A stretch of DNA of 64,000 nucleotides, from NCBI GenBank assembly GCA_913045625.1, contig CAJWPE010000002.1:1729-65728 (forward strand). The letters run 5' to 3'. The notes under the pieces were generated by a model. That model saw only the letters and a program-made list of their open reading frames with translations. It searched no databases and was not told the DNA's origin. This stretch comes from an uncultured Chloroflexota bacterium. GTDB lineage: Bacteria; Chloroflexota; Dehalococcoidia; Lucifugimonadales; UBA826. Both the position numbers and the translations under genes were made by a program. This document shows positions 38,069 through 47,397 of this stretch, piece by piece (position 1 is the stretch's first letter; the number at the start of each line of letters is the position of its first letter).

Positions 38069-40741
38069 TTACTCAGGTTTTTCAATTCTTACTGGAATTA
38101 AATTTAATTGGTCAAAATACAACATAGGGTCTTCAGTTTTATGTTCTTGAACCTTTTCAATCACTGAACCAAAGAGTTGAGTTGTAGAAACAATTCCTGA
38201 ATTAATTCCGTTGAGATGTGCAATACCAGATAGTTCAAAATTATCTCCAATAATTTTAATGGAGTCTCCCTCAAAAATATTATTGTCTGAAGCATCTTGA
38301 GTGTTCAATTCAATAATTTCATTTCTGGTAATAGAGTTTCTATCATTTATCAATTGGATTTTTGCATCTGATTTTGACTCTTCTAAAATCCGTCCTCTAG
38401 TTAAAATCATGGGGAACTCGTTAGTAGCAATAGAATTATTATCGGTTGAAATATTTAGAGTTTTAAATTGTAGGTTTCTGTTAACAGAATATATTTGACC
38501 GCTTTCAGAAATTTTCTCAAGGTTAATATTATTTGTCGAAAGAATGAATGGGCTTAATTCTGTGAAAACTTCATCAGAATTGGAATAATTGAAATCGTCA
38601 GAGCCCATTCTTGAGGCTAGTTGGCACAGAATTCTCCAATCTTCATCTTCATCAAACTTATTCCCAAGTGCTGGATTAACTTTATGTATTCTTCTCTCAA
38701 GGTTAGTAAATGTACCATCTTTTTCAGCAAATAAATTAGATGGGAATACTACGTCAGCTTTATCTGTAAATTCATTTTCAAAGCTTTCATGAACCACTAA
38801 AAATTCTACTTTATCAAGTGAGTTCTTAAGGTTTTTACTAGATTCTGAAGACATAGAGGCTTGGTTTCCAATAATATGTAAAGCTTTAATATCACCTGTT
38901 TGGCAAGCTTCTTCTAAATTTCCTAATCCTATTCCAGTTTTTGGGATAGGTGAGTATCCAGGCCCAAAATTAGGAATGCAACCCATATCTCTAGCGCCTT
39001 GTTCATTAGGGCCAGAGAATAAGGGATAAATTCCTGAACCAGGTTTTTCAACATTTCCTGTTAATAAAGCTAAGTTAACTATTGATGTTGATGTAGACTC
39101 CTTGATTTTAGAATTAATTGTATCCAGCGAATATAAAAACGATGTGGATGTAGATTCTGCAATTAGTTTTGCTAAATTTTGAATTTCTTCTTGTGAAATT
39201 CCAGTTTCTTTAGATACTCTAGAAAGATCAAAGTCCCAAACACTGCTTCTAAATTCATCAAAGTTCTCGCAAGATTTTGTTGAAAAATCATGGTTTTCTA
39301 ACGATTGATCTATTATAGATCTAATAATTCCCCCAATTAATACATGTTCTGTGTTGAGGTTTGGTTTGACCCAATGGTCTGCGAATCTTGTTAGTTCAGT
39401 TTCTCTAGGGTCGATAATTATTGCTTTTGACCCTTTTGATATAGCTTGTTTTATTGGTACTCCCAATACATTGTGTTGTTCTGTAATGTTTGAAGAAACT
39501 ATCACAAATAATTCTGTTTTCAATAAGTTCCATATAGTATTTGTGGCAGATGGGTGACCAATCATAGGAGCTAAATTGTCAAAGATTTCTGGGTTAGTGT
39601 TTGAAGAGAAATCAATATTATTGGACTGCATGATTTGTCTTGTAAATTTCTGTGCTATGTAATGATCTTCATTAGTTCCTCTGTCAGATGAGATTAGTGA
39701 ATAATGATCACCTTTAAATTGTGAAAGTTTCGAGGCTACTAAATCTAATGCTTCGGGCCATGAGGCTTCAACTAATTCACCATTTTTTTTGATTAAAGGA
39801 GTTTTAATCCTATTTCTGTTGTTGGCATAGTCGAGTCCAAATTTTCCCTTGAAGCACGTCATTCCTTGGTTAGCATCTGCTTCTCGAACAGGAATCGATC
39901 GAATAAGTTTATTTCTTTTGTTAATATCTAATGATGTTTGGCATCCAACAGGACAATGTGGACATGTTGTTGTTGTTTTGACTTCTGCTTTGTCCCATTT
40001 ATAATCGCGCTCAACTATCGCTCCAGTGGGACAAACATCGATGCATGCTCCACAAAACTCACAACCTGATTCTAATAGTGATATTCCTTTAGATGTACCT
40101 ATAATGCTTCTGCCTGATCTCTCTTTCAGTGTGATTGCTTGATCGACTCTTACTTCATCACAAGCCCTTACACATCTAGAGCAGACAATGCATAAATTCA
40201 TATCCATATCCCAAAAAGGGTCTTTAACCTCTAATGGCAGGTGTCGGTTGTTATATGTCAATGGGGTTGTTAATTCCATTTCCATGTATCTGACAGTATC
40301 TTTAAGTTCACACCTTTCATTTTTAGGACAAGTCACGCATCTGTCATTCACGGTCACATGCCTTAGGCATACGTCCGTAGGTCCACAAAGATCAATTCTG
40401 TGACAATTTAAACACCCGTGAGGGTGCTCTGAAATCAATAATTCCATGATCCCTTTGCGTAGCGAAATTAATTCGTCGGTATTTGTTTCAACTTTCATTC
40501 CCTCTGAAATTGGAGTTGTGCAAGAAGCTGGACTTCCAGGTAAAGATCTGTATGATCCATCTGGAGTTGGTGCTTCTGCTTTCACAACGCACATCCTGCA
40601 AGCACCATAAGGTTTCATACCAGGGTAATAACATAAATATGGGATGTACATTCCATTGTCCATTGCAGCCTGAATGATCATGCTTCCTGGTTCTGCCTGA
40701 ATTTCTTTACCGTCAATAGTTAAGTTAATTTTTTCAGTCAT
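38069..40741 (-). CDS. NuoG/FdsA-like Fe-S subunit with molybdopterin-oxidoreductase-fold domain (Mo ligand apparently absent)
   Basis: N-terminal 2Fe-2S, HPHGCLNCH..C cluster, two ferredoxin CxxCxxCxxxC(P) motifs, MopB cluster CPHCPVGC and a C-terminal MopB beta-barrel. The position of the FDH Cys/Sec-His reads DFSSNTNPE. Confidence 0.75.
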   Translation of the reverse strand: MTEKINLTIDGKEIQAEPGSMIIQAAMDNGMYIPYLCYYPGMKPYGACRMCVVKAEAPTPDGSYRSLPGSPASCTTPISEGMKVETNTDELISLRKGIMELLISEHPHGCLNCHRIDLCGPTDVCLRHVTVNDRCVTCPKNERCELKDTVRYMEMELTTPLTYNNRHLPLEVKDPFWDMDMNLCIVCSRCVRACDEVRVDQAITLKERSGRSIIGTSKGISLLESGCEFCGACIDVCPTGAIVERDYKWDKAEVKTTTTCPHCPVGCQTSLDINKRNKLIRSIPVREADANQGMTCFKGKFGLDYANNRNRIKTPLIKKNGELVEASWPEALDLVASKLSQFKGDHYSLISSDRGTNEDHYIAQKFTRQIMQSNNIDFSSNTNPEIFDNLAPMIGHPSATNTIWNLLKTELFVIVSSNITEQHNVLGVPIKQAISKGSKAIIIDPRETELTRFADHWVKPNLNTEHVLIGGIIRSIIDQSLENHDFSTKSCENFDEFRSSVWDFDLSRVSKETGISQEEIQNLAKLIAESTSTSFLYSLDTINSKIKESTSTSIVNLALLTGNVEKPGSGIYPLFSGPNEQGARDMGCIPNFGPGYSPIPKTGIGLGNLEEACQTGDIKALHIIGNQASMSSESSKNLKNSLDKVEFLVVHESFENEFTDKADVVFPSNLFAEKDGTFTNLERRIHKVNPALGNKFDEDEDWRILCQLASRMGSDDFNYSNSDEVFTELSPFILSTNNINLEKISESGQIYSVNRNLQFKTLNISTDNNSIATNEFPMILTRGRILEESKSDAKIQLINDRNSITRNEIIELNTQDASDNNIFEGDSIKIIGDNFELSGIAHLNGINSGIVSTTQLFGSVIEKVQEHKTEDPMLYFDQLNLIPVRIEKPE

Positions 40742-42479
40742 TTTTTACTCCAGCGACAAAGTCTTGAGCATACGGTCGGGTGTTTTTAGGAACAATTTTA
40801 GGGTTGTCACAAGATCCAGTTGGGCAGATTCCGTCTTCAATGTGTGAACGAAAGTCTTTTTCAAAGTGTGTGATTGCAGATCTGATTGGTCCAAAGCCTA
40901 GTTGCCCATGTCCACAAAGTGATCCGGCTTCCATTGTTCCTCCAACACTCTTCATTAAGTCCATATCACCATCTTGACTTTCAAAATTAGAAATTCTTTC
41001 AACAATCTCTAAAAGGTGTTCCATTCCTAATCTACAGGGGAAACATTTTCCACATGATTCAAATTGACAAAATGCAACTAGAATTCTTGTGAGGTCTACT
41101 GCACAGACTTCATTACTACCAACAATAATGCCTCCAGATCCGAATATAGCTCCTGCTGCTCTCATTTCATCAAAATCAATGTGAATGTCTGTACTATCAG
41201 GTCCAAGAACTCCACCTAAAGGGCCGCCGGTTTGTAATAGTTTTAAGGTTTGATCTTTTTTCATACCACCACCTAAATCATCAATTACTTGTTTTAATGT
41301 TAGCCCCATTGGAACTTCGTATAATCCCGGTTTATTTACATCACCACTTAAGCATACTATGGCTGTACCTGTACTTTTATTTACACCTATAGAAGAGAAC
41401 CATTCAGCTCCCTTTGATACAATTTCAGGAGTGTATGACAAAGATTTCACATTATTAATATTGCTTGGCTTTCCCCATACTCCAAATGCAGCAGGGAAGG
41501 GTGGTCGGTACCTAGGCATAGATCTTTTCCCTTCTACTGCTTCCATCAGTGCTGTTTCTTCTCCGGCAACATATGATTCTCCAGTTAATGAGACTTCAAT
41601 GTCGAAGTCAAATCCAGAACCAAATATGTTTTTGCCTAATATACCTAATTCTTTGGCTTGCTTAATGGCTTCTTCAGTTCTGTTAATAGGTCCGTTATGA
41701 CCATGTCTTATGAATACGATTCCGTTGCTTGCTCCAGTAGCATATCCAGCAATCAATAATCCTTCTAAAAGAGTGTGGGGGTCACTTTCCAATATACCTT
41801 TATCGTTAAATGCTCCTGGATCGCCCTCTTCACAATTACAAAGAATGTATTTTGTAGGACTTGAAGACCCCACTAAAAAGCTCCACTTAACTCCTGTAGG
41901 AAATGCGGCACCTCCTCGCCCTCTTAAGCCAGAATTTTTCACCTCATCTATTACATCGGATGGTTTCATTGATGATAAAGCTTTATTTAGCCCTCCATAT
42001 CCCCCGTTAGCAATATATTGAAGAATATCTCCGGGTGCTGTATGCCCTGCGTTTCTAAGAGCAATTCTTTGTTGAAGTGCAATTCCGGGCAAAGAGTTCA
42101 AATCAGGTTCATTAAAATTCGGTCCTTCTGATCCGAGATATCCTAATGTAGTAGCAGTTTCAATTTTATTGTTGATTAAATATTCATCAATTATTGTTTT
42201 TACACTATCAGTAGTGACATTGTTGAAAAACAATCGTGATTGACCCTGTTTTTTTATGTCTATTAATGGCTCAGCATAACAAAGCCCTAAACATCCTACT
42301 TCTTCTATAATGGCATCTATTTTTTTCTCAGATAAAATGGATTTTAGTTTTTCGATTACCCTGAATGCTCCAGAAGCATGGCCGCACATAGCTGTACCAA
42401 CCCTTATAACAGGAATAGTAGAATCGTTTAATTGATTCCATTCTTCATCGGCTTGATTTTTTAATTCTTCAAAATTCAT
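40734..42479 (-). CDS. NuoF/FdsB-like NAD(H)-binding FMN flavoprotein with N-terminal thioredoxin-like extension
   Basis: GLRGRGGAAFPTG FMN/NADH motifs, the N3 cluster SCGKCFPCR...C, and a ~130-aa N-terminal Trx-like ferredoxin-type domain with only 3 Cys. Confidence 0.85.
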   Translation of the reverse strand: MNFEELKNQADEEWNQLNDSTIPVIRVGTAMCGHASGAFRVIEKLKSILSEKKIDAIIEEVGCLGLCYAEPLIDIKKQGQSRLFFNNVTTDSVKTIIDEYLINNKIETATTLGYLGSEGPNFNEPDLNSLPGIALQQRIALRNAGHTAPGDILQYIANGGYGGLNKALSSMKPSDVIDEVKNSGLRGRGGAAFPTGVKWSFLVGSSSPTKYILCNCEEGDPGAFNDKGILESDPHTLLEGLLIAGYATGASNGIVFIRHGHNGPINRTEEAIKQAKELGILGKNIFGSGFDFDIEVSLTGESYVAGEETALMEAVEGKRSMPRYRPPFPAAFGVWGKPSNINNVKSLSYTPEIVSKGAEWFSSIGVNKSTGTAIVCLSGDVNKPGLYEVPMGLTLKQVIDDLGGGMKKDQTLKLLQTGGPLGGVLGPDSTDIHIDFDEMRAAGAIFGSGGIIVGSNEVCAVDLTRILVAFCQFESCGKCFPCRLGMEHLLEIVERISNFESQDGDMDLMKSVGGTMEAGSLCGHGQLGFGPIRSAITHFEKDFRSHIEDGICPTGSCDNPKIVPKNTRPYAQDFVAGVKND

Positions 42480-42985
42480 TATGTATGTTTAGGTTCCGAA
42501 GATTTCATTTGTTTAATTAATTTGATCGACTCATCTGGAGATATTTTCCCAAATAATTCATGATTAAGGCTTATTACTGGAGCTTGAGAGCAAGCACCTA
42601 AGCAAGTATTAAACCTAAAAGAAAATTCGCCGTCTTGTGTATCTCCTTCTTCTTTCAAATCTAGGTAATCTAGAACTGCCTGTAATATTTTAGATGAACC
42701 TTCTAGGTGACATGTAGGACCCCAACAAACTTCTATTGAATGATTGTTAGGAGGAGTAAATCGGAAGTTTGGATAAAACGAAGCTACTCCAAACACTGCA
42801 TTAACAGTAGTGTCTTGTTGTACTGCGACTTCTTCAATAGCTTCGTCTGGTATGTATCCAATAGCATCTTGAATCGCAAGTAAAGAAGACAATACGGTAA
42901 CAGTGGGTCTGTGTTGGGAAGCAATAGCTTCAATAATTTGTTTTCTAAAAGTCTGTTTATCAGCGGGCAAAGATGTTCTCCTCAT
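42479..42985 (-). CDS. NuoE/FdsG-like 2Fe-2S subunit
   Basis: CWGPTCH and CLGACSQAP cluster motifs. The stop overlaps the downstream start (TAATG). Confidence 0.85.
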   Translation of the reverse strand: MRRTSLPADKQTFRKQIIEAIASQHRPTVTVLSSLLAIQDAIGYIPDEAIEEVAVQQDTTVNAVFGVASFYPNFRFTPPNNHSIEVCWGPTCHLEGSSKILQAVLDYLDLKEEGDTQDGEFSFRFNTCLGACSQAPVISLNHELFGKISPDESIKLIKQMKSSEPKHT

Positions 42986-43031
42986 CTTTGTAAACTATCA
43001 CAAGCATATCATAGGGCTTATATAGTCTCAA

Positions 43032-44351
43032 TCAATTGTTTATAGGTTTTTTCATCACTAATTCTGCTAGTTTTTCACCAAGTTCTACGCTGTAATTTGT
43101 ACCCCTATCTTGTGGGTATATTTGAGAAGTATTTCCTAATACTAAATTTTCAATACCTGTTTCGTGTGAAGGCATTTTTCGAGAATATTCAGATTCAATA
43201 ATTGGTTGTGCTCCAGGTATTTTTTGGAAATGAGATTTGATAATCCAATCTTTAGAAAAGTTTGGATTGATTTGATTTAGAAATGGTAAATACTTCTGTA
43301 ATAACTCATTTTCATTAAGTTTGTATAAAGGACTTTGAGTAGTGAGGTAATTAGATAAATAGATTACATGACTATTTCCATAAACTGATTGGTGAACTAA
43401 ATTCGTGTGTTCAATTACGCCTACAAATGGGAATGTTCTATCTGCAATATTTAGCCAATAGTATTTTGATAGTTGGTTTTTTAATTCCAAAATGAGTTGT
43501 ACGGCCGACATATAGCGTGTTTTTTGAAGTTTTTCTTTATATGAATGAGGTAGTCCTATTGTGATTTTGTCAAAGACATTGGAAGGGACCGTTGCTATGA
43601 CTGAGTCGAACTGTAGTGTTTCCCCATCATTCATGTTTAGGGTAAGCGTTCCGGATTCATTTTTTTTGATTTGAGTAATCGGGGAATTTAAGTGTATTTT
43701 TACACCTAAATCCTCACATTTTTTTGACAATGCATTAAAAAATATATCAAAACTACCAGTGGGATATCCAAGTTTTTCCTTTGAAAAAAAACCTTCTCTA
43801 GACTTGAATCTTGTGTTCATTTTCCCCCATAACCATGGCATCCCTACTTCTTTGTAGTGTTCTTCTCCAAATTTACCAATCAACATTGGTTCCCAAAATG
43901 CTTTATAAATTTCACTACTCACATTTTTGTTCAACCACTCTATAGCTGTGAAATTTTCGAGATCATGCCAGTTTTTTATTTTGCTTATTTTTAAACTGGA
44001 TAATCCCAACAATATCCTGTTATTAATAGATAAAGGTTTATATCTCAACAAGTCGAGAGGAGTCATAAAATCGTAAGTTTTAGAATTAAATACAGTTCCG
44101 ACTGAAGATTCATGCCACCCTATTTTATCTTCTAATCCTAATTCACTCATTAAATCTATAATTTTGTTATCGCTAGTGAACCAGTGATGATACCCCTTTT
44201 CTATTGGAGTTCCGTTAATTTGAAATGTTGATGCATGGCCTCCTAAAAAGGTGTCTTTTTCAAAAACAGTTACCTTTGATGATGTTTGCTGAGCAATTCT
44301 TAATGCTGCGGTTAATCCTGTGGCTCCTGCTCCTAGAATAGCAATTTTCAT
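43032..44351 (-). CDS. FAD/NAD(P)-binding oxidoreductase (amine-oxidase / UDP-galactopyranose-mutase-like superfamily)
   Basis: N-terminal ILGAGATGLTAA ... VFEK...GG dinucleotide fold. An internal VGVIEHTN and a C-terminal GNTSQIYPQDRG recall Glf-like proteins; the similarity was judged by eye only. Confidence 0.6.
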   Translation of the reverse strand: MKIAILGAGATGLTAALRIAQQTSSKVTVFEKDTFLGGHASTFQINGTPIEKGYHHWFTSDNKIIDLMSELGLEDKIGWHESSVGTVFNSKTYDFMTPLDLLRYKPLSINNRILLGLSSLKISKIKNWHDLENFTAIEWLNKNVSSEIYKAFWEPMLIGKFGEEHYKEVGMPWLWGKMNTRFKSREGFFSKEKLGYPTGSFDIFFNALSKKCEDLGVKIHLNSPITQIKKNESGTLTLNMNDGETLQFDSVIATVPSNVFDKITIGLPHSYKEKLQKTRYMSAVQLILELKNQLSKYYWLNIADRTFPFVGVIEHTNLVHQSVYGNSHVIYLSNYLTTQSPLYKLNENELLQKYLPFLNQINPNFSKDWIIKSHFQKIPGAQPIIESEYSRKMPSHETGIENLVLGNTSQIYPQDRGTNYSVELGEKLAELVMKKPINN

Positions 44352-45395
44352 TTAATTCTTGGACCCTTGTTCACTTTTTTTGATGTTTTTGATAGACATG
44401 CCATTTTTCCAAAGATATATTTGCCCCAAAATTACAATTGGAATAATTAATAATGCATGAGTCATTCCTGCAAATGCGGCTGCCTCAGATCTAGAAGTGT
44501 TGGAATACGGGATTAGTATCATTGTTTCTCTTGCTATGATTTCAAACAATCCTATTCCTCCAGGAGTAATAGGTATAGCTGCTCCTAAATTTACAATTCC
44601 TGTAATCATGATAGATGATTCAATTAAATAAATGTTTGATTCAAAGTTATGATCAATTCCTATGCTGACACAAACAAAATAAAATAAAAGACCCTCAAGG
44701 ACCCAGATAGGTACGGAAAGAATTAATGTGATAGTTAAAACTTTTCTGTTATTCAAATATTTAAATCCATCAAAAAATTGTCGGAACAATTCTAAATATA
44801 TTTTTGAGATTCTATCAGGTAGAAATTTAGAAGAAAATTCTACAAAATTTATAGTTAACTTAGGTAAAAATGATGCAACTAAAAGTAGGATAAATATCAT
44901 TACAAAGGGAACAGAAAAAATCAAGATTAGAATTAAAGAATTGATTTTTGTCAGTGTTTCAAAATGATTAATTATATTTGAAATAGGTATAAAGAATGAC
45001 ATGGTGATTACTAAAAATATCAATGCCAACGCATCCATAATTCTTTCAACAAAAATGGTTCCGATTCCAGTAGTTAACTTAATCGATGATTTTTGAGATA
45101 GTAAATAACTTCTGATGAACTCCCCAGCTCGTAAGGGTAATATGTTATTTGCCATATACCCAATGACTACAATAGGGAATAAAGTCTTGTTTTTTAGATC
45201 ATGTTTTGTTCCTAGCAAGTATTTCCAACGTATTGTTCTTAACCATAGGCTGAGGAAATAACATACCAATCCAGGGATTAGTATATAAAAATTTGATTCA
45301 GACAAATGTTTTAACATTTCAGAAATGTCAGAAGTCCATATGAAAAACACTAAAAGTAGCACACCTGAAAATATACCTAAAAATGTTTTTGTCAT
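44352..45395 (-). CDS. UPF0104 / lysyl-phosphatidylglycerol-synthase TM-region (MprF flippase-like) membrane protein
   Basis: About 8 TM helices, with an RTIRWKYLL motif after TM2 typical of the family. Abuts the FAD gene with 0 nt spacing. Confidence 0.65.
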   Translation of the reverse strand: MTKTFLGIFSGVLLLVFFIWTSDISEMLKHLSESNFYILIPGLVCYFLSLWLRTIRWKYLLGTKHDLKNKTLFPIVVIGYMANNILPLRAGEFIRSYLLSQKSSIKLTTGIGTIFVERIMDALALIFLVITMSFFIPISNIINHFETLTKINSLILILIFSVPFVMIFILLLVASFLPKLTINFVEFSSKFLPDRISKIYLELFRQFFDGFKYLNNRKVLTITLILSVPIWVLEGLLFYFVCVSIGIDHNFESNIYLIESSIMITGIVNLGAAIPITPGGIGLFEIIARETMILIPYSNTSRSEAAAFAGMTHALLIIPIVILGQIYLWKNGMSIKNIKKSEQGSKN

Positions 45396-45414
45396 AATTT
45401 TAATTCTATAGGAT

Positions 45415-47397
45415 TTATTTTAAGTTTTGAGAAATAATTGTTACATCAGGAAAATCTGATTTGAAATATAAATATGCATCTTCACTTCCGATTTTGTCAG
45501 ATATGCCATTAGCGAAAATCAAGTAGTCAAATAATTTAACAATTTTTTGTGGTTCAAAAATCACATTAGTAATTGTACTGAAATTTAAGTCTCTATAAGT
45601 TGATTCTGGAAACCACCATCTGTGAGGAAAAACAATCGGATCTTCGAATTCTTGGTTTATTTGTGTAGACAATTTTGAAACATTCATGGAATGTATAATT
45701 AAAACATCTAAGTTCGATTGATCTAGACCTTCTGATTTTAAATTTTTGTATGCAACATTATTATTATCTCTTAGATACCAAACCCATGGCCAGACAAATC
45801 CACTAGTAGTATCAATTAAAATGTTTGTTTCTTCATTTGAAGATTTTTTATATGTGTTGATTGCATCACTAATTGATTTTAAATCTGGAGAAGTTTGGGT
45901 ATACACTAGCATTTCTTTAGGTATATCACTGTTAATAAAATTTACCCTATAAGTGATCCATAGATTAAAAATCAAAATTATGCAAATAGCACATATCAAT
46001 ATAGATTTATATACTGTTTTCCTTTTGGAATTTAAGGTAATTAATATGTCACCTAACAATTTCCCTGATAAAAAGATCATTGGTACAGTAATGTTGAATA
46101 ATAACCAAGGCATTTTTTCACTAGCTAAAGTATAAACTGTCCATGATGAGATTACCCAAAAAATTAAAAAAAATGTAAAGTCGGTCGGTTTAATTTTCTT
46201 GATTTTTATATAGTAAATAATGGCCAAAACACTAATAATCATTACTGCTAGTTCGTAAATTGAACTCAGAATAAAATAATAGTAGAAAGGTTGGTTGCCT
46301 CTACCTTCTCCTTGTTGAACTATCCAATACCCTAAAGATTGCCATAATCCTTTATATATACCATCTGTTATGTTAGTAAAGAATGTTGTGTAGATTACTG
46401 TCCAAATTAGCCAAAAAAGGATTGAACATTTAATCCATACTAATTGTCCCCATCTAACTCCAATTAATATTGATATAAAAAACAAGAATCCCGTTATAAA
46501 TATTGCAAGCACTCTATTTTTTTCATCAGGTAACCCTATTCCTGAATTGATTTCATGGGAAACTAAATTAATTTCTAGGGGCAAGAAATTGAAAATTATT
46601 CCAGAAAAAGCTGCCCAAAGAGGGAGAGTAATTGATACTAACAATAAAGTTATAGACACATAATTATTATTAGTCCTATTCATTAAAGAGTTTTTAAATA
46701 CTTTAATAGTTTCTTTAGAGATACCTGAGGTGATTTGTATTATAGTCAGTTCAGAAAAACTAAAATAATTAGAATATGTTTTTATTTTAAAATGAAAGAA
46801 ACCTAGATATCCAATATTTAGTAAATTGAAAGATACCAACATAAAAATTATCAAATACGAAGATTCTTTAGTCCCAAAAATTAGAGCTAAAATTAAAGAT
46901 ATAAAGTATAGGTTTTTTGAATTTCTGTTTGATAAATAATTCCAAATTAGAATGATTAATATTACTGAAAATAAATTCATCAAAACATCGTTTCTAGCGA
47001 ATCTGGTGAAATAAGTAATAGTAGGTGATACTGCTAGAAATAAACTGATTAGTATGCATGGAATTAAGTTGATGTGTTTGATTAAAAAATATGGCATTAC
47101 CACCAAAAGACTTCCACAAGCTACGTAAAGCAATCTACTACTAAAGTCAGAATCTCCAATTACGGAAAAAATTATTGATGTCAATTCCATTTGTAATGGA
47201 CCGTGCATCATAGGGTTATGCGAATATCCCAGTCCTTCGAATAATTTCCAAGAGTAAAATACATGTAAGCTTTCATCGTGATGCATTGCTCTCGAAGATA
47301 TATCAAATAATCGTAAAAATAATGATATTAAAAAAATTGATGAAAATATGACGAATTCTTTTTTGATCAATGAGGAAATATTGAGAAATTTATTCAT
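45415..47397 (-). CDS. GT-C-fold-like polytopic membrane protein (TIGR03663-type, PMT/ArnT-like N-terminus)
   Basis: First-loop acidic motif HHDESLH (DE at 47272-47277), more than 10 TM helices, QPFYYYF motif, and a ~190-aa C-terminal soluble domain. Confidence 0.6.
   Translation of the reverse strand: MNKFLNISSLIKKEFVIFSSIFLISLFLRLFDISSRAMHHDESLHVFYSWKLFEGLGYSHNPMMHGPLQMELTSIIFSVIGDSDFSSRLLYVACGSLLVVMPYFLIKHINLIPCILISLFLAVSPTITYFTRFARNDVLMNLFSVILIILIWNYLSNRNSKNLYFISLILALIFGTKESSYLIIFMLVSFNLLNIGYLGFFHFKIKTYSNYFSFSELTIIQITSGISKETIKVFKNSLMNRTNNNYVSITLLLVSITLPLWAAFSGIIFNFLPLEINLVSHEINSGIGLPDEKNRVLAIFITGFLFFISILIGVRWGQLVWIKCSILFWLIWTVIYTTFFTNITDGIYKGLWQSLGYWIVQQGEGRGNQPFYYYFILSSIYELAVMIISVLAIIYYIKIKKIKPTDFTFFLIFWVISSWTVYTLASEKMPWLLFNITVPMIFLSGKLLGDILITLNSKRKTVYKSILICAICIILIFNLWITYRVNFINSDIPKEMLVYTQTSPDLKSISDAINTYKKSSNEETNILIDTTSGFVWPWVWYLRDNNNVAYKNLKSEGLDQSNLDVLIIHSMNVSKLSTQINQEFEDPIVFPHRWWFPESTYRDLNFSTITNVIFEPQKIVKLFDYLIFANGISDKIGSEDAYLYFKSDFPDVTIISQNLK

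Noticed and set aside
38069-40741. The FDH-like gene as the selenoprotein target of the selB in this window.
   Set aside because: The ORF is uninterrupted, with no in-frame TGA. The column aligning with the FdhF Sec/Cys reads Asn/Thr, so it is not a selenoprotein.
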